Source: an uncultured Pseudobdellovibrio sp. (GTDB lineage: Bacteria > Bdellovibrionota > Bdellovibrionia > Bdellovibrionales > Bdellovibrionaceae). From it: DNA of 64,000 nucleotides. A program made the translations under genes and the position numbers. Where the stretch lies: positions 86,457-150,456 of the forward strand of contig CBINGM010000004.1 of NCBI GenBank assembly GCA_966250225.1. The letters are read 5' to 3'. Shown piece by piece: positions 56,042-64,000 of this stretch. The notes beneath the pieces were generated by a model, which made no database searches, had not been told where the DNA came from, and saw only the letters and a program-made list of their open reading frames with translations. How positions within the stretch are numbered: the first letter of the stretch is position 1; every line of letters starts with the position of its first letter.

Positions 56042-57431
56042 TCCAAAAGAATTAGGCTCACTATCTTTAAGTCCAAAAACTTCAGATCAGGTAGATAATC
56101 AGGTAGTTTTAAACGCTCTGGTATCTACTTTAGTTAAGTATGGCCAGACTGGAAAAATCGAACCTTACTTAGCTAGCTCTTGGGATGTAACAGACGATGG
56201 ACTTGAATGGCTTTTTCATATTCGTGACCACTTTACGTGCGAAAATGGCCCTCCAATTACAGCTGAATTATTCGCTGCAAGTTTAAAAAGAAGCTTCAAA
56301 GGAAATATAGGAAAATCAGATAAAACTGAATTTAATAAACTGCTTGGCTGGTCACAGTTTATCAATGGCTCTGAAGATTTACCTGGACTATCATTTGATA
56401 ACAACACACTTAAGTTAAAATTTTTCTCCAAGCCAAAAGATATTCTTAATTTTTTAAGAATGCCCTATTTTGGTTTATGGTGTAACAACGAAACTGTTAA
56501 ATCTGAGTTTGATATTTCGGGGTTTCGGTCATCAGGTGCTTATAAGCTAAAACAAATTATCAATTCACATTTATTTCAATTAGAAATTCGAACAGATCAG
56601 CCAACCTACAGTATTGATGCACCTCAAGAGATTATCGTGGGCACTACTACTTCAAAAAGTTTAGTCCCAGATTCGGTTCCAACTATCTATAAATTGATTC
56701 ATGATGGAATGGATATGAAGATGGAACACTTTAACTCAATGTCTTCTCCGCCATCTATCTTTCAAGGCATCGTACTTCATCCAAATACAGTTTTTTTTAG
56801 CAAATTACATAATCGAAGAGTTTTTGCAGCCCGACTAAATTCTTTTTTGTCTGAACAAAGTAGTATGAAAATTTCTCCGGGAATGTATTTAGATTCTCAA
56901 AAAGTTATTCCAAGAAAAGATCAAAACGTATTCGATAAGCCCTCAAAACCTCTACGTATTGCTTTTCAATATAAATCGCCATTTCATGAATCTAATATCT
57001 TTTGGCAAAACATGCTCGAAAAAGTTCTTCACGATATTCCTTACGAAATCATATATCCAGACCCTCTAGATCCAATGTGGGTAAAACATATGTTAAACAA
57101 TCCAGATTTTGATATTAGAACGGCACATGTTTACGCTGGTACTACCTATAACTTAAGCACCATTAAAATGATGTTTTGCACTGATATGGGAATTTCTTTT
57201 CCAGACGTTAATAAAAACATGTGTCGTTTAGTAGAAAAATACGAAAGCCAATCGAGAGAAATAGACGAAGAATTTAAAAAAACTTTTGAAGTAAATCTTG
57301 AGGAAGATGCTACTTTGTTTCCAATTTACCACGCCAATGACCAATGGCTAATCTCAAATTTAATTTCTATGGAGTCTATGCCAACATCCATTATTTATCC
57401 TTTATTTGAAAATATTAGGTTCAAACAATGA
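55866..57431 (+). CDS. Family 5 ABC-type solute-binding protein (SBP_bac_5-like)
   Basis: LVSTLVKY...IEPYLASSWDV...WLFHIRD...G.PITAE, SSGAYKL. ATG 55866 has a GGAG SD and is followed by the hydrophobic anchor VILILSVLIVLLIIST. Alternative start at 56001. Confidence 0.85.
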   Translation: MNLAKWLPIKNKVILILSVLIVLLIISTLLTTSNTRTMTSLQLRNMTKTLKYLTIRGSDPKELGSLSLSPKTSDQVDNQVVLNALVSTLVKYGQTGKIEPYLASSWDVTDDGLEWLFHIRDHFTCENGPPITAELFAASLKRSFKGNIGKSDKTEFNKLLGWSQFINGSEDLPGLSFDNNTLKLKFFSKPKDILNFLRMPYFGLWCNNETVKSEFDISGFRSSGAYKLKQIINSHLFQLEIRTDQPTYSIDAPQEIIVGTTTSKSLVPDSVPTIYKLIHDGMDMKMEHFNSMSSPPSIFQGIVLHPNTVFFSKLHNRRVFAARLNSFLSEQSSMKISPGMYLDSQKVIPRKDQNVFDKPSKPLRIAFQYKSPFHESNIFWQNMLEKVLHDIPYEIIYPDPLDPMWVKHMLNNPDFDIRTAHVYAGTTYNLSTIKMMFCTDMGISFPDVNKNMCRLVEKYESQSREIDEEFKKTFEVNLEEDATLFPIYHANDQWLISNLISMESMPTSIIYPLFENIRFKQ

Positions 57432-58303
57432 CTCTTCTAGACAAGTTGGTTTTGCTTAACCCAACTGTCGTTGGAATTAATATACAAGAAATTCGATCTG
57501 ATAATGGCGAGCCGCTGGGGTGGAATGCCGTCGTTGAGACATCACGTAATTTAGCCTTTTCGGGCGGTACAAGCTCCGACAAAGACACTGCCATTCGTAT
57601 AGCCCTAGCTGAATGTTTCGAAAGGTCGTTATTTTTAAAAATCTATAACATGAAGACCCCTCTTTTTTCAGAATTGTTGCTGGATAAGCATCCCAGCTCA
57701 TCCGGATTTGCATGTGGATTTCAGAAATCTTCGACAAAATTTCGCTCAATTTGTGAAGGATTAGAGCGTTGGGCATGGTCTCAATGGATTGATAGCAAAT
57801 ACATAATGCCGAAAATATCATCGATTGATCATGCTTCTAAGTTAACGACATTTTTAGCCAGTAAATTTGAAAAACATAGTTTTTTTTCAAAAGAAATCTA
57901 TTTCGAAGGCAACAGATATAGATTCGTAATTTTTTTAGGCGAACACAAAAGTGGTATTTTTGCTGGATCCCGAGTCAGCACCTTCCTAGACTCTAACATT
58001 TGGGAACATGCACTGATTGAAGCCTATAGAAATCTTGAAAACTTTAAACTTTTTCAAAAAAATGGTACAGCTGAATTTTTCGAACAACTAGATATAATTG
58101 GTAAGCGCTCTAGATATTTTGGTTCACACGCAGAAGAAGCTTGGACGCAAATTAATGCTGCCGAAAAAGAATTATGGAAACAGCCAGTTGCTGAAGTTTC
58201 GAAATTTGTTGAAACAGAGATTGCTGATATTTACCTACATCGATGCCTTATGAAGGATTACATAGGCTGGCACAAAGGCGAACCGAATAGGTTTGTGTAC
58301 TGA
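57428..58303 (+). CDS. Short YcaO-like protein
   Basis: GGTSSDKDTAIRIALAECFER and SSGFACG...ICEGLER match the two YcaO ATP/Mg-binding motifs; ATGA overlap with the SBP gene; no C-terminal PxPxP. Confidence 0.8.
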   Translation: MTLLDKLVLLNPTVVGINIQEIRSDNGEPLGWNAVVETSRNLAFSGGTSSDKDTAIRIALAECFERSLFLKIYNMKTPLFSELLLDKHPSSSGFACGFQKSSTKFRSICEGLERWAWSQWIDSKYIMPKISSIDHASKLTTFLASKFEKHSFFSKEIYFEGNRYRFVIFLGEHKSGIFAGSRVSTFLDSNIWEHALIEAYRNLENFKLFQKNGTAEFFEQLDIIGKRSRYFGSHAEEAWTQINAAEKELWKQPVAEVSKFVETEIADIYLHRCLMKDYIGWHKGEPNRFVY

Positions 58304-58307
58304 TAAT

Positions 58308-58354
58308 ACAAAAAAGCTGTCGAGTTATCCCACTTACGGTTTTTTCATTTTTTG
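58308..58354 (+). repeat. Imperfect ~46-bp direct repeat, copy 1 (terminator-like hairpin)
   Basis: ACAAAAAAGCTGTCGAGTTATCCCACTTACGGTTTTTTCATTTTTTG; matches 59334-59378. Confidence 0.75.
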
Positions 58355-58468
58355 AGTCTTTTATTTTTCATCAAAAAATTCCAATCGAGCTTTCCACTTA
58401 AATCATTATCCAACTACTACAACTAACCATCTTTGAAGTACCAAAACATTATGATAATCTAAAAAAAT

Positions 58469-59026
58469 ATGGAAAAAGTTAGCTCCAAAGACATCATCAT
58501 AAAAAGCTGCACCTCTACAGATATCGAATTTATTGTAGAATATCTCAGTAATTGTTCAGAAGAATTCTTACGGTCTTTTGGTGCTGATAAGAAGAAAATT
58601 CCGCCTAAAGAAATTTTGACTGAAAACTTCAAAAAACTTTTGGATTCTCAAGGTATTATTAGAACTTTTGTGATTGTTTGGTACAAAAATAAAAGAATTG
58701 GTCATTTCAATGTAAATAATATTATTGAAAATGAAAGTGGTATATTTCATGGACAGATTTGGGACACGGCTCTCAGAGGTCTCAACATTGGTCTAATTTC
58801 GGGAATAATGGCTTGTGATCACTTTTTTAAAGAGCTAAATTTTAAAAAAATTATTTTCAAAGTACCTCTAATAAATGGCCCAGCTAATCGAGCGATTCAA
58901 AAATTGGGCTTTAGCAGTTTAGGTGTAGTTACATACGAGTTTGCTTTGATGATTGAACCTTTAAGCTGCAATCTCTACGAAGTAGATAAAAACAGAATCC
59001 AAGAGCTTAAGGCGGTTAAACTTTAG
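58469..59026 (+). CDS. GNAT (RimJ/RimL-like) N-acetyltransferase
   Basis: RIGHFNV, LRGLNIG, NGPANRAIQKLGF. Confidence 0.85.
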   Translation: MEKVSSKDIIIKSCTSTDIEFIVEYLSNCSEEFLRSFGADKKKIPPKEILTENFKKLLDSQGIIRTFVIVWYKNKRIGHFNVNNIIENESGIFHGQIWDTALRGLNIGLISGIMACDHFFKELNFKKIIFKVPLINGPANRAIQKLGFSSLGVVTYEFALMIEPLSCNLYEVDKNRIQELKAVKL

Positions 59027-59169
59027 GGGACTTCCCGACAGCTTTCGTCCCTGTAAAATCTGAACACACAAGGATTTTAAATCCCTCGTCCATAGGATGC
59101 CACGGCCACTGGGCCATGGTCTTGATTACAAATCAACATCTAAGAACAAACGTGCAACAAGCTAGATCA

Positions 59170-59280
59170 CTAAATACTTCGGACGACTATGATAATTCCA
59201 AGAATCATCATAACCAGTCTTAGGACTTCTTTAGAAATGCTAAGTAAGCGCCGATACTTTAGGTACGAAGACTTATTCAT
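59170..59280 (-). CDS. Small basic/hydrophobic peptide, 36 aa (MNKSSYLKYRRLLSISKEVLRLVMMILGIIIVVRSI), type I toxin-like
   Basis: Not in ORF track; AGGAGG SD 7 nt upstream of ATG; C-terminal TM-like helix. Confidence 0.6.
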   Translation of the reverse strand: MNKSSYLKYRRLLSISKEVLRLVMMILGIIIVVRSI

Positions 59281-59333
59281 ATGGCGACCTCCTCTCCGGA
59301 TCCGTTTAATCCGAAAGCTGGATGTCAGATAAC

Positions 59334-59378
59334 ACAAAAAGCTGTCAGGTTATCCGCCTACAGCTTTTTCATTTTTTG
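59334..59378. terminator. Bidirectional terminator; copy 2 of the 58308 repeat
   Basis: AAAAAGCTGT-caggttatccgcct-ACAGCTTTTT. Confidence 0.75.
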
Positions 59379-59405
59379 TACCTAATTTTTTTCTATGAAA
59401 TTTCC

Positions 59406-59861
59406 TTAATCCAGCTTTCCAAGCCCTAGATCATTGTGGCGCTCAAACGTTAAACCCGAAACTTGATCGTTCAGGTAAGTCTCAAAAGCCTGCTTTAAAT
59501 CAGCGAAAAACTTTTCCATCGCCGTTTCAAAATCGCAGCTATCAGAAAATGTGGTTTCAATTTTTCGTTCTAGCTGGTGACGCTTTTGATACTCATTCAG
59601 TAAGAAAAAACCCATCTCGCCGTCGTTCATGCGAAATTCGATTTCTATTTTTCGTTGCTGAACACGGTTAATAATAAAACTAAATTGAATCGTTAGATTT
59701 TTCTCTGCATGCGCGTAAATATAAAACATCGACTCTAAAGGTAATACCGAAGGATTTGCATAAAACGAATTTTTAAATTTATAACGGTAATGCAATAGAA
59801 CGGACTCAAACTTTTTTAGGTGCTTAACGAAAATGTCATGTTGTTCGTTAAGTTCCGTCAT
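59406..59861 (-). CDS. Hypothetical protein
   Basis: 151-aa ORF starting 2 nt after the trmO stop. Confidence 0.65.
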   Translation of the reverse strand: MTELNEQHDIFVKHLKKFESVLLHYRYKFKNSFYANPSVLPLESMFYIYAHAEKNLTIQFSFIINRVQQRKIEIEFRMNDGEMGFFLLNEYQKRHQLERKIETTFSDSCDFETAMEKFFADLKQAFETYLNDQVSGLTFERHNDLGLGKLD

Positions 59862-59863
59862 TA

Positions 59864-60649
59864 TTATTTCTCGCTCACAAATTTGATCGCAAATACTTCT
59901 GCCTTCGTTGGCGCTGTAAAACGAAAATGAATATCTCCGTCATACAAACGAAACGCATGGTCACTGCGGTACGGAGAATTACCCGACTCTTCAAAACCCC
60001 GGTAGACAACCGGACGAGGATCTTGTTTTAAAATATCGATGATCGTTTCTTCTAATTTAGAATTATCTAAACGCTCCATCCAATGATTTAAAACAGTGCG
60101 AGCTTCATCGTTAAAAGAAACTTCAATCGCCGCCACTTGATTTTCATCTTTTGTGGCCCAACCGCCACGCGCCGAAGGTAAAGATTCAAACTGCGGAAGG
60201 TACGGTTTAATATCTAAGATCGGTGTTCCGTCGACAAGATCTAAGCCACCTAAATAAATTTTTCCGCCTTCAATTTTTTCAACTGTGGCTAAAGATAATC
60301 CCAATGGGTTTGGTCTGTGCGGAGAACGTGTGGCAAACACACCGATTGTTTCACCTTTTAAGCGTGGTGGATGAATCTTCGGATGATATTTTGTGTTGGT
60401 GTTTAAGTGAAATACCCACGTCACCCACACATGCGAATACTCTTCTAAACCTTGCAAGGCAAACTCAGGCTGCCATTCAGGCAAGATCGAAAGCTCAGAC
60501 ACTGTTTGTTTAACAAGCCCCGATTGGCGAGGAACTCCGAACTTATCAGGATAGGCGCTTTTGATAAAGCCAATGGGTTTGAATGTGAAAGTGTTTAAAG
60601 TGTCGCTCACGCTTGATTTTATAAGGGAAATCGCAGCTCTGTGCAACAC
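59864..60649 (-). CDS. trmO: tRNA (t6A37-N6)-methyltransferase TrmO (TsaA)
   Basis: KFGVPRQ, GVFATRSPHRPNPLGLS, DLVDGTPILDIKPY, QDPRP. Start may be GTG 60610. Confidence 0.93.
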   Translation of the reverse strand: MLHRAAISLIKSSVSDTLNTFTFKPIGFIKSAYPDKFGVPRQSGLVKQTVSELSILPEWQPEFALQGLEEYSHVWVTWVFHLNTNTKYHPKIHPPRLKGETIGVFATRSPHRPNPLGLSLATVEKIEGGKIYLGGLDLVDGTPILDIKPYLPQFESLPSARGGWATKDENQVAAIEVSFNDEARTVLNHWMERLDNSKLEETIIDILKQDPRPVVYRGFEESGNSPYRSDHAFRLYDGDIHFRFTAPTKAEVFAIKFVSEK

Positions 60650-60736
60650 GTAAGCATTAATAAAAAAATAACTTGATGGCCCCTTAACAGCAAAGCCAAA
60701 CTAGCTGCTGAAAAAATAAGGGAAAGGGTCCTTTTT

Positions 60737-61828
60737 ATGTCATTAAAACTGTTTTCTTCGTTAACCGTTGTGGGTTTAGCCTTAAGTGCGCAAAATGCCC
60801 TAGCGTGGGGTCACCGCGGTCACCACACGATCTGTGAAGCGGCTGTTCACTTAGTGCAAGCAAAACCGCTTAAAGAATTTTTACTAAATAAAGAACACGT
60901 GATGGGTCATCTGTGCAATATTCCAGATATCTACTGGAAATCCTTATCAGCCGATACTCGTAAACACGGTGACGCTGGTCACTTTATCGATGTAGAAATT
61001 TTAGGAATCGGTATTAAAGATGTACCGACAGATTATAAAGCCATTGTTGAAAAATACACGGGTAAAGAAAACATGCATAAGCGCAATTCACGCATCCAGT
61101 CTATTCCACAAGATTTAGGATCTAACTGGTGGAGAGCCGATCAGTTTTACCGTTTAGCTTTAAAAGACGCCGAAGAAGTGGCTATGAATCCCACTCCAGC
61201 AAATAGCAAAGAAGAACAAAACGATGAATTACCATTTAACAAACATTTTTACTCAATGATTGTGAACATGGGTTTAATGGGTCACTTTGTTGGCGATAAC
61301 GCTCAACCGTTTCACACAACATCTGATTATGATGGTTATGAAGCCAACCACGGCGGTATTCACAGTTACTACGAAGAACAAACTGTAGCTTTCTTCGGAC
61401 CAGACATGACAGATCGTATTGTGAAAAAAGGCCAAACGTTAAAAGGCGCAAGCTTCATGAAACCAAAGTTATCTGTGGTTGAAAGAATGAGAGCCTTAGC
61501 CGAAATTTCAAATAAAGATGTTAAAACAGTTTTTAAACTTGATCCGATGACGGCTCCTTCAACCTACAAACAAGAAAAAGGAATCAGCCTTAAATCAGCA
61601 GCAAAACGAGCTTCAGCTGAAGAAGGTCACAAGAAGTTCGAAAAATTACAAATCGAACAAATGGCCAGAGCCGCAGCGCTGTTAGCTTCTTTCTGGGATA
61701 AGATCTACTTAGAAGCCGGAAGCCCTGAAGTGAAAGCGTATAGAAGCTATAAATACCCATTCACTCCTGACTTCGTAATGCCTGACTACTACGACACAAA
61801 AGCTGAAGACGAAAAGAAAGTTAAGTAG
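60737..61828 (+). CDS. Secreted S1/P1 nuclease / phospholipase C-like zinc hydrolase
   Basis: Signal peptide then AWGHRGH, HFVGDNAQPFH, IHSYYE. Confidence 0.85.
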   Translation: MSLKLFSSLTVVGLALSAQNALAWGHRGHHTICEAAVHLVQAKPLKEFLLNKEHVMGHLCNIPDIYWKSLSADTRKHGDAGHFIDVEILGIGIKDVPTDYKAIVEKYTGKENMHKRNSRIQSIPQDLGSNWWRADQFYRLALKDAEEVAMNPTPANSKEEQNDELPFNKHFYSMIVNMGLMGHFVGDNAQPFHTTSDYDGYEANHGGIHSYYEEQTVAFFGPDMTDRIVKKGQTLKGASFMKPKLSVVERMRALAEISNKDVKTVFKLDPMTAPSTYKQEKGISLKSAAKRASAEEGHKKFEKLQIEQMARAAALLASFWDKIYLEAGSPEVKAYRSYKYPFTPDFVMPDYYDTKAEDEKKVK

Positions 61829-61858
61829 TTTAAAGTTCTAAATAAGAATTAAAAATTT

Positions 61859-61895
61859 AAATCCCTGGTAGGAATCCCTATCAGGGATTTTTTTT
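61859..61895 (+). terminator. Intrinsic terminator
   Basis: AAATCCCTGGTAGG-aat-CCCTATCAGGGATTTTTTTT. Confidence 0.8.
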
Positions 61896-62012
61896 GGCTC
61901 TAATCTGGCCGCCATACTGCGAGTGAAAATCAGAGAGTATCTTTAGATAGGTGAAATAAAAAAATCGCCGGTGAAGCGATTAGAAAGAAAATCCGGAATA
62001 TTTCATACAAAT

Positions 62013-62043
62013 AAAAAAGGCCCGGTATAAACCGAGCCTTTTT
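62013..62043 (-). terminator. Intrinsic terminator of the porin genes
   Basis: Minus strand AAAGGCTCGGT-ttat-ACCGGGCCTTTTTT. Confidence 0.8.
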
Positions 62044-62067
62044 AGCTTTACATTTTCTAACTTAAAA

Positions 62068-63153
62068 TTAGAAAGCGTATGTTAAACCAACAGTACCTAA
62101 TAGGTCTGTAGAGTTAACTTTTTGAGTTCCAGCTAATAATGAACCGTCTAAAGAAAGTTTACCAAGTTTTAAACCAGCGCCAGCTGCGAAAGTTGTGCTG
62201 TTTTCGCCTGGAGCGAATTCAGATGTAGTAGCTGTAGCAGTCTCAGTTTTTTCATTTTGGATAAGAACGTTTTGAGTTACAGATCCACGTAATGTTAACC
62301 AAGAAGCAGCGTTAGCTTCAACACCGATGATTAAAGGTAACATTAAAGAAGTTTCTTTAATTTCAGCACCTTTTGAATCTTTAGATTGAGCTGATGCTAA
62401 AGCAGCACCCCAGAAAAATTCATTGCCTTCAGATTTAACAGTGTTGATAGCACCAACAGTGATATCAGTTGTTTTGATTTCAGAAGCAACTGTTCCAGCA
62501 ACTGTATCTTCATGACCACCCATAGCTACGTCAGCGTATGCGTACATGTCAGAAGCAACCCAGAAACCACCACGTACTGCTACGTTTGATTTACCTTTGA
62601 ATTCGTTGTTAGCAGCGTCTTCCCATTTGTCAGTTAAACCTAAATCAACTGTTGCATCCCAAGTAGAAGTAGCAGCACCGAATTTTAAACCCATTGTGCT
62701 TTCTTTCTCGTCTGCAGCTTTGTCGTTGTAGTTAGAGTAAACTAAAGTACCAGCCCAAGCCATGTCGCCAGATTTCATACCGTAAGTAACTTCGATTGGA
62801 TTTTGCTGAGCGATAGCTGCAGCAGAAACCGCTGAAGTTGAACGTTGAGAGAAAGATCTAACGTCATCGTGACCTAAAGATAAAGCCCATTTAGCATCGC
62901 CGTGTGAACGGATTAATAATGCTTCAGCACCAGTTGATGGGTTGTTAGCAGTAGCACCTGTAACTAAAGCTACATCTGTTAAACCAGATTCGATAGTTAA
63001 AGAGTCAGAAACTGTGAACATATCAGCAGGTTTAGCGTAAACAGTAGATGCGTCAGTTAAGTGAGCAGCACCTTGTAAAGCTGTGATTCTTGCGCGTGTT
63101 GCGAAAGCAGAAGTTGAAGCTAATACGATCGCTAATGTTAATAATGATTTCAT
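62068..63153 (-). CDS. Major outer-membrane porin-like protein (resembles the Bdellovibrio PopA/Bd0427 family)
   Basis: Signal peptide (AFA-T), mature start TRARITAL, beta-strands, terminal LTYAF; codon usage like highly expressed genes. Confidence 0.8.
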   Translation of the reverse strand: MKSLLTLAIVLASTSAFATRARITALQGAAHLTDASTVYAKPADMFTVSDSLTIESGLTDVALVTGATANNPSTGAEALLIRSHGDAKWALSLGHDDVRSFSQRSTSAVSAAAIAQQNPIEVTYGMKSGDMAWAGTLVYSNYNDKAADEKESTMGLKFGAATSTWDATVDLGLTDKWEDAANNEFKGKSNVAVRGGFWVASDMYAYADVAMGGHEDTVAGTVASEIKTTDITVGAINTVKSEGNEFFWGAALASAQSKDSKGAEIKETSLMLPLIIGVEANAASWLTLRGSVTQNVLIQNEKTETATATTSEFAPGENSTTFAAGAGLKLGKLSLDGSLLAGTQKVNSTDLLGTVGLTYAF

Positions 63154-63184
63154 GTTAATAAATCCTTTCAAATTACATGTTCAA

Positions 63185-64000
63185 TTAGAACATGTAAGTT
63201 AAACCAACAGTTGTTAATAAAGAGTTACCGTTTAAGTCTTGAGTAGCTGCACCACCAGTTAAACCTTCTAAAGAACCGTCAACAGTGATTTTGTTGAATT
63301 TTAAACCAGCACCGATAGCTGCTGTAGTGTTATTAACGCCTGGAGCAGTTTCAGAGTTAGTTGTACCAGCAGTTTCATCTTTAGCGTTATCTAAGATAAC
63401 TGTTTGAGTTAATGAACCACGTAAAGTCATCCAAGAAGTAGCTTCTGCTTCTAAACCAACGATAACTGGTAAAGATAATTGAGTTACTTTGTTATCAGAA
63501 GTTTTATCTTTTTGGTTGTAGCTAGCTAATTTAGCACCGTAGAAAAATTCGTTGCCATCTTTTTTGTGAGAAGAAACAACACCTAAGTTGATACGAGTAA
63601 CATCAACTTTAGCTAATTCTGCACCAGAAGTTTGGTTTTCCATTTTCGCGCCAACGATAGCAGCGTTACCGTAAACATAAAGGTTTTCCATAGTGTAACC
63701 AGCGCCTACTGAGTAAGAACCAGTACCTTTGAAATCTACACCTTGTCCACCGGCAGCAGTTTTATCTTCAACTTTAGATGATAAACCTACACCTGCATCG
63801 ATGTCCCAAGCACCCATTAACATACCGAAACGAACGCCAGCAGAATCTTCTTTGATTTCTTGAGCTTTATCGTTGTAGTTAGAGTAAACTAGAGTAGCAC
63901 CCCAAGTCATATCGCCAGATTTCATACCGTATGAAAATTCAACCGGATTTTGTTGCTCAGTTACGTTTGTAGCTGGAACTAAATCCATGATTCTTCTTAA
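63185..64000 (-). CDS. Paralogous porin-like protein, partial (5' end beyond the window)
   Basis: The frame stays open to base 64000 (..LRRIMDL..). Shares QQNP.E..YGMKSGDM.WG.TLVYSNYNDKA and WLTLRGS/WMTLRGS with the neighbour. Confidence 0.85.
   Translation of the reverse strand, partial: LRRIMDLVPATNVTEQQNPVEFSYGMKSGDMTWGATLVYSNYNDKAQEIKEDSAGVRFGMLMGAWDIDAGVGLSSKVEDKTAAGGQGVDFKGTGSYSVGAGYTMENLYVYGNAAIVGAKMENQTSGAELAKVDVTRINLGVVSSHKKDGNEFFYGAKLASYNQKDKTSDNKVTQLSLPVIVGLEAEATSWMTLRGSLTQTVILDNAKDETAGTTNSETAPGVNNTTAAIGAGLKFNKITVDGSLEGLTGGAATQDLNGNSLLTTVGLTYMF

Larger units (their letters stand above)
54434..59400. other. Putative horizontally acquired island (kinase, secreted protein, SBP, YcaO, GNAT, small ORF)
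   Basis: Visibly more AT-rich, with frequent AGA/ATA/CTA codons compared with flanking backbone genes (judged by eye, not computed). No integrase seen. Confidence 0.55.

Noticed and set aside
59066-59090. tRNA-Leu(TAA)-like anticodon arm on the minus strand (AGGGA-TTTAAAA-TCCTT)
   Set aside because: No D-arm, T-arm (GTTCRA) or acceptor stem can be built around it, so it is not called a tRNA or an integration site.
61896-61911. Third TGGC-N7-TGGC sigma54-like motif (TGGCTCTAATCTGGCC)
   Set aside because: It follows a terminator and no plus-strand gene lies downstream; unsupported without transcript data.
952-62731. Numerous 60-150 aa track ORFs antisense to or nested in long genes (e.g. 2341..2790, 13368..13733, 31283..31651, 42079..42462, 52027..52404)
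   Set aside because: They are shadow frames of well-supported genes and have no independent start signals or motifs.

Overview
A 64-kb window of mostly chromosomal backbone, apparently from a Bdellovibrionaceae-type predatory bacterium. The taxon is inferred from gene content and motifs only: PopA-like major porins, a YQNC lipoprotein motif, the FHA/TadC cluster, and the yggS-proC-divIVA order. Housekeeping genes are recA, cinA/pncC, pgpA, recX, alaS, rpsI, rplM, truA, asd, pssA, exbB/exbD-type, proC, divIVA, valS and trmO, mixed with many secreted hypothetical proteins. I found no rRNA, intact tRNA, CRISPR array, transposase or integrase. The strongest leads are: (1) 3017-7301, an OvoA-type histidine sulfoxide synthase whose usual C-terminal methyltransferase is replaced by a group II PLP decarboxylase, coupled to a class V PLP enzyme and divergent from a glutathione peroxidase, suggesting a non-canonical thiohistidine/thiohistamine or hypotaurine pathway; (2) about 54.4-59.4 kb, an AT-rich island with an orphan sensor kinase, a small secreted protein, a family-5 solute-binding protein, a short stand-alone YcaO and a GNAT, which may be a peptide-modification and sensing module, with a type I toxin-like small ORF at its edge; (3) a CFI-box protein joined through an internal signal peptide to an outer-membrane barrel, possibly a polyprotein; (4) an FHA/TPR-TadC cluster with a degenerate PP2C-like protein; (5) a Maf-YggS fusion. 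Several small ORFs, promoter motifs and three tandem paralog pairs absent from the ORF track were found by reading the sequence. All family assignments come from motif recognition, not database searches.
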